Shown here piece after piece: positions 28,812 through 38,455 of a stretch of 64,000 bases of DNA. Origin of the DNA: an uncultured Candidatus Poseidoniales archaeon (GTDB taxonomy: Archaea; Thermoplasmatota; Poseidoniia; Poseidoniales; Poseidoniaceae); NCBI GenBank assembly GCA_905182715.1, contig CAJJCP010000003.1, forward strand, positions 67,580 through 131,579, given 5' to 3'. A model generated the notes under the pieces. The model did not search any database. It saw only the letters and a list, made by a program, of their open reading frames with translations, and was not told the origin of the DNA. The translations under genes and the position numbers were made by a program. Numbering within the stretch: position 1 is the first letter of the stretch; each line of letters starts with the position of its first letter.

Positions 28812-31595
28812 TTCTACTACGATGCCACCTGCAGAGGGGAGATTCATGTGGGCAATGAGTTGCTTGACTTCTCCTTCTAACTTTTTGATATCATCGGGGT
28901 CAGGCAATTCATATTCATCACTTGAAAGAGAGATTGGAAAACCCGGTCCAGGTATTCGTTGAAGTGCCTTTCCAAGATCCAACGCATCTTCAAGAAACAC
29001 ATCATTTGAACCAGAATGTCGATTTTCAAGTCGAGCCCTCATCCATAGTTTCATTGTTTTCGTATTGCCGCCAATTCTTGCCAACAATTCAGATTTAGAC
29101 AGGTCATTTGTATCCCCTTGAGGCAACAACCGGAGTGCTAACCTCAACATCCTGTCGACACGGGTATCTCGCGGAGCAATCCCGACATGCTTGGCCAACC
29201 TACGGCGAACATTTGGTAATGAATCAGAACCATTGAGCGTTAAATCATCGACCAAATCGTCGAGATTTATTGCTTCAAGGAATTGAATGATATTTGAGTA
29301 AATAGCCGGATTGGCAGAATTATTTCTTTGAGGAGTTTGCACTTTTTCGGATTCAATATGGGCGGGTTTTACCGGTGAGACATTTTCTGTTTGTATTGGA
29401 ATTTCTTTCGGAGGTTGTTCTTTGATTTCCAATTCGATTTGAACAGGAGAGCTACTGATTTCCTCCTTTTGTTGTTCCATTACCTCTACAGGTTCAACTT
29501 CTGGCTTCGCGATTTCAATTTCCGGTTCATGCGATTCAATTTCCGGTTCCATCGCTTCAAGCATCGCTTCATGTGCATCTCCTAAGGCGTCTTTTGGAAT
29601 CATTGTATGGCGCACATAACTTTCAGGAACTGGCATCAGTGTTTGGCGTATTGGTGCGGGTAACCACGCCTCAAAGACGAACATTTCATCTTCACCCTTT
29701 TGAGATGCGAGGTGCTGACTCAGTAATGGTATCTTTTCGGTGAGAGAACTCAATTGAGTAGGGTCGCGTAACTGTTCTTGAATCTCAAGCGCCAATGTGA
29801 CATCTTTGTGCCATGGTAGAGCGGAAAGGCGCCGAACAAGTCGAGGATAGGAGAGAACATGTGGTCGAAACGCATTGATTTTTTGTGCTGTTGAAATCAA
29901 ATTTGTTTCCACTTCTCTGAGAAGCTGCTGCACGACCCATCCAGATGATTCCAAGATGGTTAATTCTTGTCGAGTCCGAGCTTTCAACCGTTGATGGATC
30001 TCTCCTGCTACAAGAGACACTCCAACGCCCGACGCTGAAACAGATGTTCCAAGTCGGCGAATATTTGCAATTTCATCTTCAAACTCTTGGAGTGTGAAAC
30101 TCGAAGTGGGAATGGAATCGTCTGCTTTTCCTTGGGCGACTAATTGTCGCCAATCTTGCTCCAACATTCGACGGTGACGGGCCCCTCGTTTGGCTAATGT
30201 GTCGATCATTTCGCGAGTGTTTTGTAAAACATCTAAATCGACATCGAGTTCTTTCATCACCCCAATACGTGCATCGACATCCTCTCTTCCTTCGAACGAA
30301 GTGTCAAGGTTCAACAAATCTTTGATGCATTCGAGGCGTTGTTCGAATCGATGTTCATTCTTTTTCAGTTGTTGTAATGCGCTTCTTGGGTCCCGAAGAA
30401 TTTCATCACTCCAATCATCCATCACGATACCCATGCCTTGATAACGTTCAACAAGCATCATTGCTTCCAATTCATACTGCTTCCACTGTTGATCTAAACG
30501 GTCTACATGATCAATAAATTGTTCACTCCGTTCAAGCACCCCAGCATCCTTGGCACCAGAACTCTCACCATCACCCCAGAGTAAAATAATTTGATTCCAA
30601 CGTCCAAGAGCATTCAAGTGATTGTGTACGGAAACCTCAATTTCGGGAAGATTTGTTTCCCATTCAAGTAATTCAAGAGGGCGCACACCGTCTTTATGTG
30701 GGAATTGAATGCCCTTCTCTCTCCATTCATTTAACAAATCGTTGAGTTTAGCAAGGCGCTGGTACAGATTATCCGCTATCGCATCAATTTGCAATCGGAA
30801 ATTTCGCAATTCGGCATGTGAGGTTTCACCGATTAATCCCTGTCTTCGTAGTTCGTGGTGGTCGGCTAATTCAGGGTCAAAAAGAGTAATCCGCTCAATG
30901 ATGAGCAGCCGCAACTCTTCATGCAAATCATGTAATTCATGTAATTTAGCAATCCAATCAAGCCCTTCAATAATTGACATTCTTTCAATTTCACCGACGT
31001 TAAACCCTGCGGCATCTAACAGGATTGCCGCGTTGGTAATCGCAGTTCTTTGTCGGTGTTCATCCTCTTCAAGCATGGACAGAGCCTGATTTATTTCATC
31101 CACATCAACAGGAGATGCAAGTAAGGGGGATATGATGGCAGTTGAAGGTAATGAGGAGACATCTAAAGCATCAAAGCGCGCAAGGAAAGAGGCATATTCT
31201 CCTTCCTGCCCCGCATCCCGCCAGTCTTCTTCCGCCCCATGGAGTATGAGTTCCCAAGGCCGCCAATCTTTCGCCCAAGCACTGTATTCAGAGAGTATTC
31301 GTTCAGCATTCATGGGATTTCGCAACTCTTGTTCCCAGAGTTCACTTTGGTTCATTGAGCGCTGGTCGACAGAATCGCCAAGATAACCAGTCCGTTCCAA
31401 CAATTCTTGTGCAAGATCGACAGCGAAATCAACATACACCAGTCGTTCACTGGCTAAATCCTCGTCTTCAGCAAGGTACTCTTCAATAGAATCAACGACC
31501 CAACCTTCGAGTTCCAAATCCCTCAAACGTTCGAGGTACCAAGGTCTGTTTGAATCATCATCGACATCATCCATGCTGCGACCCCAATCACTCAT
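28806..31595 (-). CDS. Large acidic alpha-helical hypothetical protein (929 aa), apparently cytoplasmic
   Basis: Long uninterrupted ORF with no signal peptide or TM. Trp/Glu-rich helical segments recur. An internal PE-rich linker reads EPEIESHEPEIEIAKPEVEPVE. No family recognised. Confidence 0.7.
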   Translation of the reverse strand: MSDWGRSMDDVDDDSNRPWYLERLRDLELEGWVVDSIEEYLAEDEDLASERLVYVDFAVDLAQELLERTGYLGDSVDQRSMNQSELWEQELRNPMNAERILSEYSAWAKDWRPWELILHGAEEDWRDAGQEGEYASFLARFDALDVSSLPSTAIISPLLASPVDVDEINQALSMLEEDEHRQRTAITNAAILLDAAGFNVGEIERMSIIEGLDWIAKLHELHDLHEELRLLIIERITLFDPELADHHELRRQGLIGETSHAELRNFRLQIDAIADNLYQRLAKLNDLLNEWREKGIQFPHKDGVRPLELLEWETNLPEIEVSVHNHLNALGRWNQIILLWGDGESSGAKDAGVLERSEQFIDHVDRLDQQWKQYELEAMMLVERYQGMGIVMDDWSDEILRDPRSALQQLKKNEHRFEQRLECIKDLLNLDTSFEGREDVDARIGVMKELDVDLDVLQNTREMIDTLAKRGARHRRMLEQDWRQLVAQGKADDSIPTSSFTLQEFEDEIANIRRLGTSVSASGVGVSLVAGEIHQRLKARTRQELTILESSGWVVQQLLREVETNLISTAQKINAFRPHVLSYPRLVRRLSALPWHKDVTLALEIQEQLRDPTQLSSLTEKIPLLSQHLASQKGEDEMFVFEAWLPAPIRQTLMPVPESYVRHTMIPKDALGDAHEAMLEAMEPEIESHEPEIEIAKPEVEPVEVMEQQKEEISSSPVQIELEIKEQPPKEIPIQTENVSPVKPAHIESEKVQTPQRNNSANPAIYSNIIQFLEAINLDDLVDDLTLNGSDSLPNVRRRLAKHVGIAPRDTRVDRMLRLALRLLPQGDTNDLSKSELLARIGGNTKTMKLWMRARLENRHSGSNDVFLEDALDLGKALQRIPGPGFPISLSSDEYELPDPDDIKKLEGEVKQLIAHMNLPSAGGIVVES

Positions 31596-31780
31596 GAACT
31601 CCGAGAGCCTTTCAATGTGAGCAAAGAATCACTCCATTAGAGCGTAGTTTAATCACTCAAATCGACGAACCATACCAAGAATTCCCCCGATGCCGGGAAA
31701 ATCAGTAGGGTGTGTAAAACCCACCTGCAATACCCAAATCCTCCGCAGACCATAAAGGGGCAAAGTTCGGGTGGACTACA

Positions 31781-34072
31781 ATGGACCCTCTAACTGCCGT
31801 ATTTGGACTCGCTTGTATTGGTGTAGGGGGAGGTGCTGGATTTTGGCTCAAAAAGGCCGACGAACGGCTCCACCGGCTCTCCGAAACAGCCATTGTTCTC
31901 CAAGAAGGGCAAGCTGCGCATTTCACTCACTTGAATACAGAAGTCAACACGCTTCAACAACATCTCTCACACATGACTGGATTGGTTGAGGCACTTCGAG
32001 CGACTCACCCCGAAATCGACGGAGCCTTACTCGTTCACTCTGTAATTGTTCAATCCGAAAACACAACCGGCTTGGAACAAGAATTCTCTCGTTCAGATGC
32101 ACTTGAAGCGCTTGAGACACTGGTCGCACCGATTTCGACAGAATCCGAAATAGCGGGAGAATCCTTGTTATCTTCAGCAACTGAGAGTTTGTTAAACCGC
32201 CTTCTTGATGTGTTTGAAGCCCGTCAAATTACGGTTGAATCTTTAGGCCTTAATCCAGTTGCAGCCCACCGTCTTGGCCACGCAAGTCTACTCTTGCGCC
32301 GTTATGATTGGGCGGAATCTTGTTTTGGTGTTGCGTATCGCTCTTCACCAGGAAACAAAAATATTCTTGAAGCACTGGAACACATTGCATTACTCAGGGG
32401 CGATGAAGAACTTCGACGCCATTGGCTCGAGGCTCGTATGACCGTGTCTCCGGACCAACCTGAATTGTTACGAGCACACGCCCATTTGTTGGCTAAACTT
32501 GGTGATGCAGAAGCTGAACGCGACGTTCGACGATTGGAAGCATTGGGCGTTGATACTGCTGCCGATCGTTCTCTTTTGTCAGGGCTACGTGCCCGTGCAG
32601 GCTCTCGTTCCGAAGCGCTAGAAGCGATTGAACTGGCTTTAGCAGATGACCCTGAACGGTCAGATGATTGGTACAGTTATGCGCAATTACTGTATGATGA
32701 TGGTGAACAAGGCAAAGCCCAACAAGCGGTTGAACGTTGCCTCGATATTGACCGTCAAAACGGCGAGGCTTGGGGATTGCTTGCCAAGCTATTAGCGCCC
32801 ATGGCAAACCGACTTGAAGAGGCACTCAAAGCAGCAATCCATGCGGTTGCTTTGGAAGCCGGCGGCACACAACTGGTCTTTTTGAAGTCTGATTTGTTAT
32901 TGGCAAGTGGCAAGGTTACAGAATCCGAAGAAGCACTTGAGCGAGCATTACTCGCCAGCCCCGATAACGCCGAATTGCGTGCACGGATGGCAAGCCGTAA
33001 ACTTCTCAACGGATATATTTCAGAAGCCCAAACACTTCTTGACGAAACCCCATTAGGCATTGACCACGCTTTACTTCATGTCATTGAAGGCAGAATACAC
33101 CTTGCTCGCGCTGACAGAGGGCGAGATGGCACAGGACAAACCGATGCCACCCTACTTGCAGCATCCCTCACCGCTTTCAATGATGGATTACGATTGGACC
33201 GCGAATGTGGAGTTGCATGGCTTGGACTTGCTCGAACAATGCGCTTACTCGGAGATTTGCAAGGTGCGGAGGAGGCCATTGCGCGTGCACTCCGTCTTCT
33301 ACCAAATGAAGATACATCAGCAGCAGCAGAAGCTGCCATGCTGGCCCTAGATCTTGAAGACCTCTCCGCCGCAACCAAACATATCGAGGCGGCAGCAGTT
33401 CATGGAAATTCAGCCACCATTAGTTATGTCCGAGGAAACATTGCTGCAAGAAGCGGAATGCTCGATAAGGCACTGATGCAGTTTGATGAAGCACTCTCAA
33501 CAGACCCAGCACATATCCGTGCTCGATTGAATCGGTGCAGCATTCTCATGGCTATGGGTGAAGGGAGAAAAGTCATCGATGATGCAGAAATATTGCTTGA
33601 TTTGGCCCCATCCCTCACTCTTGCTCGCCTTCGACGTGCTGAAGGATTCATGCTCTTGAGCGAATGGGAACACGCCCGAGACGATCTCAAGATGGTGCTT
33701 GAAGCAGCCCCGCACCATTACCATGCTTTGACACAACTCGGCTCCTGCTATCTTTCACTCGAACGGCCAGAACGTGCGGAAGGCCCTCTTAATGAGGCGA
33801 TTCGATTGAACCAAAATCATGCACCTGCTTGGCATCAGCGTGGTTTACTTTATTTGGAATTGAAGGAACTTGATGCAGCATTCGATGATTTTCAAGCAGC
33901 AATCCGTTGCGATGGAAATCACCTCGATTCCCGGCTCCATATCGCAGCAACTCTACACCAACAAGAACAACACGAGGAAGCAGCAGCAGCATGGCGTGCC
34001 GTTTTAACGATTGACCCTGACCACACGGTCGCAAGAACTCGCTTGGGCGATTGTGAAGTGAAACTCGTTTGA
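31781..34072 (+). CDS. Membrane-anchored TPR-repeat protein
   Basis: 763-aa ORF. N-terminal TM is LTAVFGLACIGVGGGAGFWL. More than 10 34-residue TPR-like units follow (W..LA..L...G....A...), e.g. AWGLLAKLL, AWLGLARTM and AWHQRGLLY. Confidence 0.85.
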   Translation: MDPLTAVFGLACIGVGGGAGFWLKKADERLHRLSETAIVLQEGQAAHFTHLNTEVNTLQQHLSHMTGLVEALRATHPEIDGALLVHSVIVQSENTTGLEQEFSRSDALEALETLVAPISTESEIAGESLLSSATESLLNRLLDVFEARQITVESLGLNPVAAHRLGHASLLLRRYDWAESCFGVAYRSSPGNKNILEALEHIALLRGDEELRRHWLEARMTVSPDQPELLRAHAHLLAKLGDAEAERDVRRLEALGVDTAADRSLLSGLRARAGSRSEALEAIELALADDPERSDDWYSYAQLLYDDGEQGKAQQAVERCLDIDRQNGEAWGLLAKLLAPMANRLEEALKAAIHAVALEAGGTQLVFLKSDLLLASGKVTESEEALERALLASPDNAELRARMASRKLLNGYISEAQTLLDETPLGIDHALLHVIEGRIHLARADRGRDGTGQTDATLLAASLTAFNDGLRLDRECGVAWLGLARTMRLLGDLQGAEEAIARALRLLPNEDTSAAAEAAMLALDLEDLSAATKHIEAAAVHGNSATISYVRGNIAARSGMLDKALMQFDEALSTDPAHIRARLNRCSILMAMGEGRKVIDDAEILLDLAPSLTLARLRRAEGFMLLSEWEHARDDLKMVLEAAPHHYHALTQLGSCYLSLERPERAEGPLNEAIRLNQNHAPAWHQRGLLYLELKELDAAFDDFQAAIRCDGNHLDSRLHIAATLHQQEQHEEAAAAWRAVLTIDPDHTVARTRLGDCEVKLV

Positions 34073-34109
34073 TAGGAAGGCAATTATATTACTGAACTGA
34101 GGCTATTCT

Positions 34110-34469
34110 ATGCAAGGCTCACCCCCGCCTCAAACCATTGTTGGTGTGTGGGATTCTCCACAACCTCAGCAGGCCACCTTCCCGATTCACGGGGCTCAAA
34201 TGGGATTTTTCCCGAAAACGAATGCTTCGACGGCCCTGACCTTGTCCATACTTGGATTAGCACTCGGGGTCATGTGTTTTCCGCTTTGCGGATTACTTGC
34301 TATTCCGGGCCTAATCATGGGCCAAAGTTCTCTTAATGTCACGAAATCTATACCGGGGCACCCCGATAGTGGAGCTGCACGAGCAGCCCAAGTTATTGGC
34401 CTGATTACACTTGGGCTACTGCTTGTTATGCTTGCCATTTTTGTCTTAGTTGTCATGACTGAACTTTAA
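34110..34469 (+). CDS. DUF4190-like small membrane protein (paralog 1)
   Basis: 119-aa ORF. Pro/Gln-rich N-terminus (MQGSPPPQ), then two TM helices flanking GQSSLNVTKSIPGHPDSGAARAAQVIG. Confidence 0.7.
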   Translation: MQGSPPPQTIVGVWDSPQPQQATFPIHGAQMGFFPKTNASTALTLSILGLALGVMCFPLCGLLAIPGLIMGQSSLNVTKSIPGHPDSGAARAAQVIGLITLGLLLVMLAIFVLVVMTEL

Positions 34470-34520
34470 ACCGGAAATGCTTAGTGAAACCTTTATCCAT
34501 TGGCGCCAATACCAATTATC

Positions 34521-35192
34521 ATGCAAGGCACACCTCCCCCTCAACAACAGATGGGTCAAGTATGGACACAACCTGCTGCAAACCAAATCCCTCTTAATCC
34601 CGGCATGGGCATGCAGGGATACTTTGCACCCACCCAAGCCGTCTTGGCCCTTGTTCTTTCAATACTCGGCGTCGTGGGGTGCTCGATTTGTACTGCAATA
34701 CCTGGTTTGATTTTAGCAAACCAAGCCTTGACCATCACAAGTGACCAACCCGGACACCCTGATGCAGGGCTTGCAAAGGCTGCGCAAATCATTGGCTGGA
34801 TTGTTATTGGAATCACGATTTTGAGCTTATTAGCTTATGGCGCTATGTTCGCCTTCTTTGCTGCTAACGGTATGGTCCGACTGGCCTTGATCCTGGCCCA
34901 AAAACACCCACTTCTTCGTTATTCATCGGTGAAATGGAGAGTATTTTTCCCAGCAATCATCTGCTGTTCAAAGAGTGCAACGACTCGTATGGAACAACGA
35001 TCTGAACAAATGTTCACATTGTTTTCGCGAAGAGATATCGTTTCAGACGAGCCCCAAAAACCATCACCGTTTTCAAGTATAGTGCAGGGTGAAATCTGTA
35101 CCATTGTTTCATCGATAAGTGCGGGTATTGAAGCATTCTCAAGCGGGGCTGCAAGAATTGTGATATGCCGAGATTCTCCCTCTGGGGTGTAA
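34521..35192 (+). CDS. DUF4190-like small membrane protein (paralog 2) with a doubtful ~100-codon 3' extension
   Basis: The start is chosen by homology (MQGTPPPQ) inside ORF 34500-35192. The core ANQALTITSDQPGHPDAGLAKAAQIIG aligns with paralog 1. Beyond ~34880 the frame stays open but is Ser/Arg/Cys-rich and antisense to a better-looking minus-strand ORF. Confidence 0.55.
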   Translation: MQGTPPPQQQMGQVWTQPAANQIPLNPGMGMQGYFAPTQAVLALVLSILGVVGCSICTAIPGLILANQALTITSDQPGHPDAGLAKAAQIIGWIVIGITILSLLAYGAMFAFFAANGMVRLALILAQKHPLLRYSSVKWRVFFPAIICCSKSATTRMEQRSEQMFTLFSRRDIVSDEPQKPSPFSSIVQGEICTIVSSISAGIEAFSSGAARIVICRDSPSGV

Positions 35193-35221
35193 TAGTTCAA
35201 AAACTGGACTTTGAAAAACAC
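34919..35221 (-). CDS. Probable 3' continuation of the 35197-35841 gene (different frame)
   Basis: 100-aa ORF with plausible composition (FFKVQFLNYYTPEGESRHITILAAPLENAS...). It starts on GTG and overlaps the upstream stop by 25 nt. Its frame opens only at ~35280. Confidence 0.35.
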   Translation of the reverse strand: MFFKVQFLNYYTPEGESRHITILAAPLENASIPALIDETMVQISPCTILENGDGFWGSSETISLRENNVNICSDRCSIRVVALFEQQMIAGKNTLHFTDE

Positions 35222-35841
35222 CCCTCGGTCTTCAACGAATATAAACTTCCAAGTCCGGGATAATTTGGTGACGGCACTAAATCATACACATACCATTCAA
35301 GGCGTTGTTCAGAAGTTTCATTGAAGATCAAATCATCTCGGTATTTGGTGTCGCTAAAATCCTCTTTAACAGCGATTGCGGTAACATTTTCACCAAGGAA
35401 AAAATCTGTCCGAGTAAATGATATGCTTGTCGAACCGTTTCGAACAGCACTCATTGAGAAAAGGTCGAGATACTGTGTCTCTTCGCTGGTAACATCAACA
35501 TTCACAGTGAACGTTTTTCCGTCTGCATTTAATTTTGATTGTACCGTGCCGTTCGACTGTTCAACAGAGCTCATTCCTCCAACCATGCACGGATATTCTT
35601 CCCCATCGACCTTTAAACTCAGTTGGACAGCATTCCAAGAAAGGTTTTCTCCACCATTTTCAAACGAGGCATTAACAAGAATATCCTGGGAATTGTCTGT
35701 TGATTCTCCCCCTTGGAGTAGAAGAACATTGTTCGTACCGAGATGTTGCTCGATGGAGATAATGTTGGCATAGAACCCCATTGAGATAACAAAGACAACA
35801 AAGAGTGAGAGGAGTTTAATCCGCCAGTCGACCTTCGCCAT
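35197..35841 (-). CDS. Hypothetical exported/anchored protein
   Basis: 214-aa ORF with signal-anchor IKLLSLFVVFVISMGFYANI and a beta-rich body. It probably continues into ORF 34919-35221; see the finding. Confidence 0.6.
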   Translation of the reverse strand: MAKVDWRIKLLSLFVVFVISMGFYANIISIEQHLGTNNVLLLQGGESTDNSQDILVNASFENGGENLSWNAVQLSLKVDGEEYPCMVGGMSSVEQSNGTVQSKLNADGKTFTVNVDVTSEETQYLDLFSMSAVRNGSTSISFTRTDFFLGENVTAIAVKEDFSDTKYRDDLIFNETSEQRLEWYVYDLVPSPNYPGLGSLYSLKTEGCFSKSSF

Positions 35842-35891
35842 AACCCGGCGAAACCTGTGAACTACATGAATCCAAGGATTTCTTATTTAGA

Positions 35892-37019
35892 ATGAAATAC
35901 TTGGCGAGAGTTGATACGCGTTTCGGTTATGTCGGTTCTATGGGCGTACGAACACACCTTCTGCCGGTAGTTTTACTGCTTGTCTTCCTCCTCGTGGCTC
36001 GTGAGATTTATCCTTATACAGAGCCCCTGAACAGTGAGGTTATCGATGGATACGCTATCGAGAAAGTAGCCACTGGTTTTGGCGGCCCAACATGTCTTGA
36101 ATGGGCAGATGAACAGCATCTTTTGATGTGCGACCGGGACGGCGGGCGCATTCTTTCACTCAATGCTTCTGATAATTTTTCCACAACAACTCTTCTTTCT
36201 GGCCTCATCCATCCGCATGGCCTTCATATCTCTCAAGACTATATCTTCATTTCAGAAGAAGGTAAACTTACCCGTTACGATCGGACAAATTTCACCTTGG
36301 GCAACCCTGCAATTCTCGTAGAAGGCATTCCCAGCGGGAACCACCAAACAAATGCCATCAATGCCTTTCCAAACGGGACTTTGATTTGGCACAGCGGCTC
36401 AACATGCAATGTTTGTGAAGAAGATGACAATCGCAACGGCGCCTTACTTTGGGTGAACCCGGATACAGGCGAGCATGGCGTCCTTGCTTCTGGCGTTCGG
36501 AATTCTTTTGACGGTGTTTGGGTTTCAGGAATGGGATATCTGTTTTCCGATAATGGGCGTGATTGGGACGGAGACCATCCAAATGAGGAAGTCAACCTCC
36601 TGGTAGCAGGTGAATCATATGGGTGGCCAGATGATGACCCTGAGCACCCAATTCCAACCGGTACCCTTGGTCCCGTTGCCCAATGGACCCCGCATACTTC
36701 GTTGAATGGCATTGACGTGCGGCCAAACAATTCTCTCCTTCCAGGCTTAAATTCAACCGCAGGTGAAGGATATACCGTGTATGCAACCGTCTATGGCTCT
36801 TGGAATACTCTTTTGCCGCAAGGTCATGAAATCGTTCGAATTGATTTTACTCCAAGATCGACAAACAGTTCGATACCGGATGAACAATGGGACAGCAAAG
36901 TTACCCGCTTTGCAACTGATTTAGGGACTCCACTCCCTCTTCGTTTTGGACCTGATGGGAATTTGTACTATGCAATCTTCAGTGGTGGCGGAACGCTCTA
37001 CCGCATCACAGCGAATTGA
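35892..37019 (+). CDS. PQQ-dependent sugar (glucose/sorbosone) dehydrogenase-like beta-propeller
   Basis: 375-aa ORF with a signal anchor (alternative start 35940, MGVRTHLLPVVLLLVFLLV). Family-like blocks are HPHGLHIS, NHQTNAI, GVRNSFDGVW, DNGRDWDGD and ESYGWP. Confidence 0.8.
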   Translation: MKYLARVDTRFGYVGSMGVRTHLLPVVLLLVFLLVAREIYPYTEPLNSEVIDGYAIEKVATGFGGPTCLEWADEQHLLMCDRDGGRILSLNASDNFSTTTLLSGLIHPHGLHISQDYIFISEEGKLTRYDRTNFTLGNPAILVEGIPSGNHQTNAINAFPNGTLIWHSGSTCNVCEEDDNRNGALLWVNPDTGEHGVLASGVRNSFDGVWVSGMGYLFSDNGRDWDGDHPNEEVNLLVAGESYGWPDDDPEHPIPTGTLGPVAQWTPHTSLNGIDVRPNNSLLPGLNSTAGEGYTVYATVYGSWNTLLPQGHEIVRIDFTPRSTNSSIPDEQWDSKVTRFATDLGTPLPLRFGPDGNLYYAIFSGGGTLYRITAN

Positions 37020-38157
37020 GCCATTCACTTAGGCGGCGAACACCTTCATGAATATTTTCGGTTGAAGTCGCATAGGAGATTCGAACAAAACCTTCACCCG
37101 CATCCATTAACGACCCGGGTATCAGTTGCACCTTTGCTTCTTCAAGCGCACGAGTAGCGAATTCTATATCGTTCATTCCAGTTCCAGTTACGTCACAGAA
37201 CGCATAGAAGGCACCTTCAGGTTCAGGCACGATAATTCCGGGTAATTCTTTCAAAAGGCCATGTATGATGCCCCTTCGTTCTTTGAATGATGCAGCCATA
37301 GCCGCCGTTTCTTCTTCAAGTCCTAAGGCTACTGTTGCAGCAGGCATCATGAAGGTCGCGACATGGGTCGCAGAACTGACGTTTATTTTCTTGACACCAT
37401 CCATCACGAGTTTTGGCCCGGTAATCCAACCCAATCTCCATCCAGTCATGGCCCAACTTTTTGACCAGCCTCCAACAGTGATTGTTCGCTTAGCCCCCCC
37501 TTCAAGGGAGCACGGGGAGGTATAGGGGTAATCGGTCCACGTTAGATTTGCATAAATCATGTCATCAATTATCCACAGATCGTGCTTGATAGCAAAATCA
37601 ACAAGTTGGCGAATTTCTTCTGGCGTGTAAACAGCCCCAGTCGGGTTATTTGGAGAATTAAGAAGGATAGCTTTGGTTTTCGATGTTACCGCCGCTTCCA
37701 GTGCGTCAAAATTCGGATGGTAATTCTCTCTTAACACAGGAACATGAACCGGTTTGCAGTTGAGAAGTTTGAGCATCCCATCATACGAAGGCCAGGCGGG
37801 AGAGAGTAACAATACTTCATCGCCAGCATCGAGGGTTGCCATCATTGAATAGAGAAGAGCTTGCTTACAACCTGGCGTAATGAGGACATCGAGTGGATCC
37901 ACTGGAATATTATATTTTGAAAGGTGAAGGGCAACTGCATCACATAATTCAACCGAACCTTGTGTCCGAGTGTATGTTGTCTCTCCTCGGTCGAGAGCCG
38001 CTTTAGCTTCATCAACAACAGGCTGTGGTGTGGCAAAATCAGGTTGCCCGACACTAAAGCGAATCACTTCTGGGCCTGGAGGGGCGAGGAATGCAGCAAA
38101 ACCCGTGCCAACATTTTCCAACGAACGATTGATTTCCGGCATAGCCACTTCCCCCAA
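37006..38157 (-). CDS. Class I/II PLP-dependent (aspartate-type) aminotransferase
   Basis: 383-aa ORF with LNSPNNPTG and the SKSWAMTGWRLGW lysine motif. Confidence 0.9.
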   Translation of the reverse strand: MGEVAMPEINRSLENVGTGFAAFLAPPGPEVIRFSVGQPDFATPQPVVDEAKAALDRGETTYTRTQGSVELCDAVALHLSKYNIPVDPLDVLITPGCKQALLYSMMATLDAGDEVLLLSPAWPSYDGMLKLLNCKPVHVPVLRENYHPNFDALEAAVTSKTKAILLNSPNNPTGAVYTPEEIRQLVDFAIKHDLWIIDDMIYANLTWTDYPYTSPCSLEGGAKRTITVGGWSKSWAMTGWRLGWITGPKLVMDGVKKINVSSATHVATFMMPAATVALGLEEETAAMAASFKERRGIIHGLLKELPGIIVPEPEGAFYAFCDVTGTGMNDIEFATRALEEAKVQLIPGSLMDAGEGFVRISYATSTENIHEGVRRLSEWLNSL

Positions 38158-38252
38158 CTAGACAATGTCTATGTGATAAGACAAACCAATCTGTCTTTCG
38201 CTATCAACACTGCGCGTCAAAACAAAGTCAAAACAGTGTTTTTTTTGAAAAG

Positions 38253-38323
38253 AGCACAGACTGGGATTTGAACCCAGGTAAGAGGATTTGCAATCCCCGA
38301 CGTAGCCGCTCCGACACCCGTGC
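38253..38323 (-). tRNA. tRNA-Cys (anticodon GCA)
   Basis: Hand fold of the reverse complement. Acceptor is GCACGGG/TCTGTGC with two G-U pairs. Anticodon stem is GGGGA/TCCTC with loop UUGCAAA. T arm is CTGGG-UUCAAAU-CCCAG and the discriminator is U. In my fold the D stem is weak, with only two Watson-Crick pairs. Confidence 0.75.
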
Positions 38324-38455
38324 AGTAGTCCACGCACTGACTGGTTCTATTTCAACGCGACCGAAGCACAGATGCCCTCTTCTCATTGCCAACTTAGCAG
38401 TGTTTTATTTTATTACCGGCAAATCCATTAAACGGTAATCAAGGAACCACTCTTC

